A stretch of DNA of 64,000 bases from an uncultured Candidatus Saccharibacteria bacterium. GTDB lineage: Bacteria; Patescibacteriota; WWE3; UBA101185; UBA10185. A model generated the notes under the pieces. That model had not been told where the DNA came from. It ran no database searches and saw only the letters and a program-made list of their open reading frames with translations. Positions 57,848-64,000 of the stretch are shown here, piece after piece. Position numbers and translations under genes: made by a program. The stretch spans positions 130,252 to 194,251 of the forward strand of contig CAYLMU010000001.1 in assembly GCA_964385105.1 (NCBI GenBank). Direction: 5' to 3'. The first letter of the stretch is position 1. Each line of letters begins with the position of its first letter.

Positions 57848-58282
57848 ATGGGTTTTTTTGTTATAGTAAATACAATGAACCATATGAACAAGCGCCTCCT
57901 AATTTTATCTATAATAACAGCTTTTTCTACTATGTTATATTTTTACAGCCAGCAAAAAGAAATCTTAGAATTAAAATTTGCAAAAGATATACTTTCATTT
58001 AGTGTTATTTTTTATTGTATTTGGACTATAGCAGGAGTAATTTTTAATGAACTTCAGTTCAATAGTAAAGAAATTGCAGTATTAACAACTTTCTTTGTAA
58101 TGAACTTTTTGTGGTATGCTGCCGGTGAGTGGTCTGCTCTACTCTTTTTGTCTTTGCCAGTGCAGTTTTTTGGGATTGTTTCACTAAAGGTGTTTATGCG
58201 GTTTGTTGAGTCTTATACGTTGGGTGGGGTGCATATGGTGGAAGAAAACGGCTCAGAAGTGGAAAAACAGATAATCCTATAG
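57848..58282 (+). CDS. hypothetical membrane protein
   Basis: 4 TM. Confidence 0.4.
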   Translation: MGFFVIVNTMNHMNKRLLILSIITAFSTMLYFYSQQKEILELKFAKDILSFSVIFYCIWTIAGVIFNELQFNSKEIAVLTTFFVMNFLWYAAGEWSALLFLSLPVQFFGIVSLKVFMRFVESYTLGGVHMVEENGSEVEKQIIL

Positions 58283-58365
58283 TTTACGAAATGCCATAAA
58301 TATAGTAGAATACTTCAAGATTTATAGATATCCGTAGTTTCTACGTCAAACAAGGAGAGAATGAG

Positions 58366-58758
58366 ATGCCATTTCCGGTAATTTTAGGTTTAGATGGAAC
58401 GCCTCAAAGTATTTTGGATGAAATTGATAAGCGCCTTAGAGAAGTAATTTCCTTAACTATGGATTGTCCTAGTAGTTGGGTTGTACCATTTTTTCCTGCC
58501 GACCTGAGAAAGAATCCTGGTCACACAACTATTTATGTTCAGTTGGATACTGCAATGTTTTATGCATTGGTTGGCGATAATAACATGGCACAATCTGACA
58601 GAGAACAAATGGAAGAAAAGGTGCTTGAGGTTTTGAATGCTATTGCTACAGTTATCCAAGAATTTCTACCACAAAAGGAAGTTGAAGGATGGTTGGGCAA
58701 TTTCAATCCCGGTTTCAAAGTGCTTCTATCGCCAGGTGTAATTCCTTCTGAATCGTAA
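58366..58758 (+). CDS. hypothetical protein (130 aa)
   Basis: AAGGAGAG RBS. Confidence 0.45.
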   Translation: MPFPVILGLDGTPQSILDEIDKRLREVISLTMDCPSSWVVPFFPADLRKNPGHTTIYVQLDTAMFYALVGDNNMAQSDREQMEEKVLEVLNAIATVIQEFLPQKEVEGWLGNFNPGFKVLLSPGVIPSES

Positions 58759-58845
58759 GCATCCTAATTACCCTTAACTTTGGATTTTATAAATAGTATG
58801 TAACGGGTGAAAGCATACAACCATTATATAAAATGGTCCCGTTTC

Positions 58846-59826
58846 TTACTCCACAAACTTTCTTAACTCACTCAACAAATTATCTTCCACTTCAATCTCA
58901 CCCGTTTCAATAATATTTGCACGAATTCTGTCACCCCGCTCGCCGGGTACAAATATTTCATCTACATCGGGTAATCTTTTTGCGTTTTTTATAGCACTTT
59001 TTATTTTTTCAACTTCGCTTATAAAGTATGCGTTTCCAGCCAGTGCCGACGGGTTTATTGCTATAACAATATTACCGTCATTATCACTTTCATTATGAAA
59101 ATCTGCCCCAACCAACGCTCCCCCTATAATTTGCACCATTAAGGCAAGCCCCGCACCTTTAAATCCTCTATCAAAAGGTTTTATAGCACCCTCCATAATT
59201 TTAGCAGGGTCAGTTGTTTCGTTTCCGTCTTTATCCCAACCGATGTTCTCTGTAACTTGTACTCCCTTTGTTTTTGCTTCAACCAATCCAAAGTAAGAAA
59301 TTGCAGATGAAGACATATCCAAAACAATAGGCTCGCTTTCTGTAGGAATCGCCCACGCAATAGGGTTTGTGCTAAAAAGCGGCTCATAAGAACCATGAGG
59401 AGGGACACTGTTGTATGGATAGCTGGACATTGTAATGGCAACCAATCCTTGTTCGGCAACCTGACGTGACCAGTAACCTATTGCACCGGATGATCCAAAA
59501 CCATTGTGAGTACCCACTGCAGCGATACCCATTTCATTAGCTTTTTTTGCAACCATTTTAACCGCCATATCCATAACAATTGCTTCCATGGTTAAGTTAG
59601 CGTTAATTAAGGCTGTAGTTGGAGTATCTTTTTCTATGGTGGGCTCTTGCGCGTTTTTATGCTTTGGAATACCCGGCCCTATTAGCTTTACAATTCCCTG
59701 ATTATTTCCCCTTGTTTGGGCATACATCAACATTCCTAAAATTATTTCAGCTTCATTGTCGTTATACCCGTATTTTAATAATGCTTTTTTAGACAGTTCA
59801 TTAAGTTCGATTAATTTTATTTTCAT
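58846..59826 (-). CDS. Ldh_2 family (malate/L-lactate/sulfolactate dehydrogenase-like) oxidoreductase
   Basis: Length and overall pattern. Weak. Confidence 0.4.
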   Translation of the reverse strand: MKIKLIELNELSKKALLKYGYNDNEAEIILGMLMYAQTRGNNQGIVKLIGPGIPKHKNAQEPTIEKDTPTTALINANLTMEAIVMDMAVKMVAKKANEMGIAAVGTHNGFGSSGAIGYWSRQVAEQGLVAITMSSYPYNSVPPHGSYEPLFSTNPIAWAIPTESEPIVLDMSSSAISYFGLVEAKTKGVQVTENIGWDKDGNETTDPAKIMEGAIKPFDRGFKGAGLALMVQIIGGALVGADFHNESDNDGNIVIAINPSALAGNAYFISEVEKIKSAIKNAKRLPDVDEIFVPGERGDRIRANIIETGEIEVEDNLLSELRKFVE

Positions 59827-59856
59827 TATATGTTTCTAATAATATATTATAAATTA

Positions 59857-61020
59857 TTAATTTGTTTGATTTTTACTCTCATTCCAAACCTCTGTCAAAT
59901 ACGCATGCCTTCTCTTTTTCTCTTTCAACGGCACATCATCTTCAAAAAATCTTTCGGCTGGCGTGCCCGGTCGAGGAGAATAAATTGAAATATAAGCCAC
60001 ATTGAACTTAATTTTATTAAAAAGGGCAACCGTGTCCATAAACTGTTCTTCGGTTTCGCCCGGAAACCCAACAATAATATCTGTTCCAAACTCAATATCC
60101 GGTTTAACGGTTTTTAATTTTTCTATAAGCGCAATAAAATCCTCAATAGTGTGTCGCCTACTCATACGTTTCAAGACGTCGTTATTTCCTGATTGAACTG
60201 CAATATGCAAATAGTTAGATACTTTTGGATGCTTTAGTGCGTCAATTAAGTCTTGAGTAAAATCAAATGGATTTGAGGACAAAAAGCTTATTTTCTCAAT
60301 TCCGTCAATTTCAGCAACACTGCGCAATAAATCGGCAAACGGTATTTTTTGGTCACTTCCGGTACGTATTTTGAATTTTTCTTTTCGATCAAGCCCCCAC
60401 GAATTTACATTTTGCCCGCACAAAGTTATATGTTTAAATCCCCTTTTGGCCAAATGTTCAATTTCACGCATTATATGTTCTTTTGGCCGCGAAACCTCTT
60501 CTCCACGTGCATATGGTACAACACAAAAAGTGCAAAAATTATCACATCCGTAAGAAATATTTACAAAAGCATGTTCAGGATTGTCCTGAACCGCTACAAC
60601 TGCTTCAGGGTCAAATTTTTGTATAGCCCACTCATCTAAAATTCCGTTATCATGTAAAATCGCTGGAATTTTGGTTAATTGCGCAGGATTAATATATTCA
60701 TCAACCCAAGGTGTTTTATTTCGTAAAGTTTCAAATTCATACCTTTGACGCTCCCCTGTTACAGATCCCACCATGCATCCTGCCATTATAGTAAAAGGCT
60801 TTCTTTCATTGGAATCGTTAATATTCTTAAAAATTTTACCCAGCCCATAAACCTTATCTTCGCTTTTTTGTCGAACTGAGCATGTGTTAACTATAAAAAC
60901 GTCGCTGTCATGAAGGTTGTTACCGGGTTCAAAACCAATTGCTTCTAAAATTCCCGCCATGGTATTTGAATCAGCCACATTTGCCTGGCATCCTAAAGTT
61001 TGAATAAAGTATTTTTTCAT
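59857..61020 (-). CDS. miaB: radical-SAM methylthiotransferase MiaB/RimO family
   Basis: N-terminal MTTase domain (TLGCQANVADS), radical SAM CDNFCTFC. Confidence 0.75.
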   Translation of the reverse strand: MKKYFIQTLGCQANVADSNTMAGILEAIGFEPGNNLHDSDVFIVNTCSVRQKSEDKVYGLGKIFKNINDSNERKPFTIMAGCMVGSVTGERQRYEFETLRNKTPWVDEYINPAQLTKIPAILHDNGILDEWAIQKFDPEAVVAVQDNPEHAFVNISYGCDNFCTFCVVPYARGEEVSRPKEHIMREIEHLAKRGFKHITLCGQNVNSWGLDRKEKFKIRTGSDQKIPFADLLRSVAEIDGIEKISFLSSNPFDFTQDLIDALKHPKVSNYLHIAVQSGNNDVLKRMSRRHTIEDFIALIEKLKTVKPDIEFGTDIIVGFPGETEEQFMDTVALFNKIKFNVAYISIYSPRPGTPAERFFEDDVPLKEKKRRHAYLTEVWNESKNQTN

Positions 61021-61039
61021 CGGAGGAATTATATCAGTT

Positions 61040-61381
61040 TTACGATATACCCTCACCATTATCTACGGGTACTTTTGGTATAACAAAAACAGGTTTACTG
61101 TCCAAATCCGTGCCTATTGATAAAAGCATGCCTTGCGATTCCTGCCCTGCCATTTTTTTAGGCTCTAGGTTTGTTAAAACTAAAGTTTGCATATTTTTAA
61201 AGTCTTCAGGGTTATACCACTTGGCCATTCCGGTTAAAATTGTTCTCATCTCCCCGCTTCCAATGTCTACTGTTAGTTTTATTAATTTATTTGAGTTTTC
61301 TACATTTTCGGCGGCAACAATCGTTCCAACCTTTATTTCTAGTTTTTCAAAATCGGAGTAGTTTATTGTTGGTTTTGGCAT
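61040..61381 (-). CDS. CsaA/EMAP-type tRNA-binding domain protein
   Basis: LEIKVGTIVAAENV...KLTVDIG OB-fold tRNA-binding pattern. Confidence 0.7.
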   Translation of the reverse strand: MPKPTINYSDFEKLEIKVGTIVAAENVENSNKLIKLTVDIGSGEMRTILTGMAKWYNPEDFKNMQTLVLTNLEPKKMAGQESQGMLLSIGTDLDSKPVFVIPKVPVDNGEGIS

Positions 61382-61399
61382 AGGGTGATTGTAGCATAA

Positions 61400-61669
61400 G
61401 TGGAATATGACTCATTTTTCTGCTATAAATACCTAGTGTCAAAAACTATCAGCAAACACGAAATAATCAAGAATCTGCGTGAGGAACTCAAAATCCTTCG
61501 TGAAGAACGTGATAAGATAACACTTGAAAAAGGATTAGTTGCACAAGACAATAAAGATTTGCGTGAAAATGCTGCATATTCGCAACTTGAGCAAAAGGAA
61601 CATGCTCTTACCTCAAGAATTCGTGGTGTAATAGAAGAAATTTATGAGTACTCAAGAAAAAACATTTAA
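61400..61669 (+). CDS. GreA N-terminal coiled-coil domain-only protein (89 aa)
   Basis: DLRENAAYSQLEQKEHALTSRIRGVIEEI matches the GreA N-terminal D-x-x-ENAEY motif region. No FKBP-like C-domain. Confidence 0.45.
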   Translation: MEYDSFFCYKYLVSKTISKHEIIKNLREELKILREERDKITLEKGLVAQDNKDLRENAAYSQLEQKEHALTSRIRGVIEEIYEYSRKNI

Positions 61670-62708
61670 AGAACAATTTGATAAGCTAGTTGTTTTACTA
61701 GAAGAGGATTCAAAAATACTAATTACCTCACACATGAATCCCGATCCCGATGCAGTAGCTTCAATGCTTGGGATGAAGCATTATTTAGATAATTACCACC
61801 AAAATTTTAAGTCAGATGTTTTGGTTACGGGAAACAAGGACGAACAATATGATTGGTTGCCCGATTTCGATAAAATTAACTGGAAAGAAGATATTGCCCC
61901 ATTCACAGCAGATTACAATGTTATTATTTTGGTAGATTGTCACTCCCGCGCTAGAGTATCCGAAACTCCTGAAATGATTGATTTAAATAAGCACCGCTTT
62001 ATTTGCATTGACCATCACCCCGAAATTACCGAAGATTTTGAGCTGGTATTTAGCGATTCTACTTATGCTGCTGCAGCACAACAAATTTCAAACATATTTT
62101 TTTCAAAAGAAGATTTAGCACACAAAAATATTGCAGAAACGTTACTTTACGGTATTTTAAGTGATACAGGAGGGTTGACCTTTGTTAATAAAGAAAAATC
62201 AAATGTTTTGGTTACGGTAAAAGAGATTATCGATGCTTCAGGTTGTGACCTACAGGTTGTTAAGTCAAAAATTGAATCGGTCAATAAAAAGGCATTAGAG
62301 CTTGTAAATGTTTTACTGTCAAATACCAAGTATGTAGAGCTAAGTAATGCGCCATCTTTGTCATACGCATATTTAGAGCGTGAGAATGTAAGCAGTTATG
62401 GCCAAGAGATAGTAAGTGACGCGTCGCACGTATATATGTTTTCTTATGTACGAAAGGTAAAAGGGTATCCTTGGGGGTTTGTTGTAACACCCCGTGATAA
62501 TTATTATAAAATATCGTTTAGGTCAAGCCCGGGAGCACCAAATGTTAAAAAAATTTGTAATGAATTTTTTGAAGGCGGTGGCCACGTGATGGCGGCAGGA
62601 GGTAAGTACATGCCTTCAGAAAATAATAAAAACATCTCAGCCGAAAAAGTTGCGCAAGAAATTATTAAATCTATAAGCAGCGCAAAAATTGAGATAAACC
62701 CCTTTTAG
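61644..62708 (+). CDS. DHH/DHHA1 phosphoesterase (NrnA-like)
   Basis: HMNPDPDAVAS, ICIDHH motifs, GGH in the DHHA1 domain. Confidence 0.75.
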   Translation: MSTQEKTFKEQFDKLVVLLEEDSKILITSHMNPDPDAVASMLGMKHYLDNYHQNFKSDVLVTGNKDEQYDWLPDFDKINWKEDIAPFTADYNVIILVDCHSRARVSETPEMIDLNKHRFICIDHHPEITEDFELVFSDSTYAAAAQQISNIFFSKEDLAHKNIAETLLYGILSDTGGLTFVNKEKSNVLVTVKEIIDASGCDLQVVKSKIESVNKKALELVNVLLSNTKYVELSNAPSLSYAYLERENVSSYGQEIVSDASHVYMFSYVRKVKGYPWGFVVTPRDNYYKISFRSSPGAPNVKKICNEFFEGGGHVMAAGGKYMPSENNKNISAEKVAQEIIKSISSAKIEINPF

Positions 62709-62712
62709 CCAC

Positions 62713-62741
62713 TTTACACAATCCTATAGTTTTGCTAAAAT
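62713..62741 (+). promoter_or_regulatory. sigma70-like promoter TTTACA-N17-TAAAAT with CCTATAGT in spacer; leaderless start at 62750
   Basis: Perfectly spaced hexamers. ATG 8 nt after the -10. Confidence 0.5.
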
Positions 62742-62749
62742 CCTGGTGT

Positions 62750-63004
62750 ATGACCCAAACACAGATGAAAAAAGTAAGAATACATGTGAAAGGAAAACTT
62801 AGAAATTCAGTTCACAAATATTTTTCACATAAAAAGGCTAAAAAATACGGTGTTCACATGCATCAGATTTCATATAAAGCAAATGATCACGCCGAGCTTC
62901 TTCTTGAAGGAGACAGGGCTGATTTATGGGAACTTGTTAACTGGCACAAACGCGGGCCTATTTTGTGCAGCGTAAGTGAAGTGGACATTGAGTTTATAGA
63001 CTAG
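62750..63004 (+). CDS. acylphosphatase-like protein
   Basis: VRIHVKGKL..V..R... and ...LLLEGDRADLWELVNWHKRGP pattern of acylphosphatases. Confidence 0.6.
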   Translation: MTQTQMKKVRIHVKGKLRNSVHKYFSHKKAKKYGVHMHQISYKANDHAELLLEGDRADLWELVNWHKRGPILCSVSEVDIEFID

Positions 63005-63731
63005 GATCATTTTTTTGTTCTGCAACTCTTTTTACGTACTCCGTAAACAATTCCTCATATGTTTTATCTAAATTGCCGACAAGTGGCGTAAAATCGGTAA
63101 TAAATCCAACACATTCTTTAGGGTAATATTTTTCTGAGATTACTCCGTCCCAAATTATTGCAGTATCCATCTTGGCATTTGTAGACGCTTGGGCTCCATA
63201 CACTGAGTCTTCAAAAACAAGAATTTGGTTGGGTTTTAACTGTAATTTTGAAGCAGCCAGTTTATATATTTCAGGGTCGGGTTTTGGTTTTCTTACTTCA
63301 TCACCATAAATTTCAATATCAAAAACTCCGTTTAATCCAAGTAAATTTATAACCTGCGTACCAATTTCACGTATTGTGTTTGTAACCATTCCCAATTTTA
63401 ATTCCTTATCATGCTTAAGTTCTGCAGCCAAACTCCAAAAACCGGATCTAACTTCGAGATTACTTTTTTGAAATAAATTAAGATATTCGGTATAAGTATG
63501 CTTTACAAGCTCATTTACCGTAAAAGGCGATTCAAGGTGATTTTGATGCACAAGATAATCCCATTTGTCATTCATAAACATTCCGCGGGGAACCTCAAAA
63601 TCAAAATAATAAACCCCCATTGAGTTTAAGACTTTAATGACAGCTTCATCCCACAACATGTGTGTATCGGCCAGTGTGCCGTCTAGGTCAAATATTACTG
63701 CTTTTTTTTCTTTAATTAAATTTTTGTACAT
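62994..63731 (-). CDS. HAD-family hydrolase (beta-phosphoglucomutase-like)
   Basis: AVIFDLDGTLADT motif I. Confidence 0.8.
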   Translation of the reverse strand: MYKNLIKEKKAVIFDLDGTLADTHMLWDEAVIKVLNSMGVYYFDFEVPRGMFMNDKWDYLVHQNHLESPFTVNELVKHTYTEYLNLFQKSNLEVRSGFWSLAAELKHDKELKLGMVTNTIREIGTQVINLLGLNGVFDIEIYGDEVRKPKPDPEIYKLAASKLQLKPNQILVFEDSVYGAQASTNAKMDTAIIWDGVISEKYYPKECVGFITDFTPLVGNLDKTYEELFTEYVKRVAEQKNDPSL

Positions 63732-63914
63732 TTATAAAATTCTTCTTTTTTTACCCCTTAAAGTGGTAAGAAAATTAATTATTAGTGCAATCGGCCCAAA
63801 TATAAAATTTATAGGAAACCAATACCACACATCACCCGCAAACAGCAAAATGTAAAGTGCATACAAAAAACCTATTAAAAAATATAAGATTAGGAAAATT
63901 TCTAATATACCCAT
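63732..63914 (-). CDS. small membrane protein (60 aa)
   Basis: Two TM, abuts the HAD gene. Confidence 0.3.
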   Translation of the reverse strand: MGILEIFLILYFLIGFLYALYILLFAGDVWYWFPINFIFGPIALIINFLTTLRGKKRRIL

Positions 63915-64000
63915 GAATTAAGCTTAACATTTTGTGAATAAAGTTTGAAGCTCAGCGGAGTTATTTTAACTCGTCATAGTATTTTCTTAGAATAACAGCT

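Noticed and set aside
1-64000. CRISPR arrays
   Set aside because: No regularly spaced direct repeats were seen. The only short repeats are the palindromic GAAGTGGCCAC pair and the low-complexity coding repeats in 42580-42780.

Overview
This 64 kb window looks like part of a low-GC (roughly mid-30s % by eye) bacterial chromosome with a streamlined, CPR/Patescibacteria-like gene content. That placement is inferred from gene content only. Evidence for it: short editing-domain-less ProRS, short ValRS, a 115-aa TsaB plus TsaD/TsaE, FtsE/FtsX/M23 peptidase, MltG, many GT2/GT4/GT-C glycosyltransferases, a bacterial type-A RNase P RNA, six tRNAs, and frequent TTG/GTG or leaderless starts.

Accessory insertions interrupt the housekeeping genes:
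- Positions 64-4600: a ~4.4 kb integrative element at the 3' end of tRNA-Ser(CGA). It carries a large serine recombinase, a Rep_trans-like rolling-circle initiator, a membrane-anchored wHTH protein and a ~55% GC cargo gene.
- Positions 5.2-15.5 kb: a tRNA-bounded island with a secreted thermonuclease with Excalibur domain, a Type II R-M pair (Dcm-type C5-MTase plus a convergent REase), an unannotated 55-aa highly acidic ORF, large unknown proteins, a MTase fragment and a frame-shifted high-GC BI-1/YccA-family gene.
- Scattered single-gene GC-elevated cassettes: a 479-aa ORF beside tRNA-Pro flanked by large hairpins, a Thr/Pro-rich secreted protein, and a small ORF between tRNA-Ser and tRNA-Val.

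An over-represented 8-mer with a palindromic core (CCTATAGT / ACTATAGG, core CTATAG) recurs at least 8 times, only in intergenic DNA, typically inside or abutting sigma70-like promoter spacers. A 576-aa HEXXH metallopeptidase-like protein with a co-transcribed 100-aa partner, and an 89-aa GreA N-terminal-domain-only protein, also deserve attention.

All calls rest on reading the sequence and on remembered family motifs. No database searches were run.
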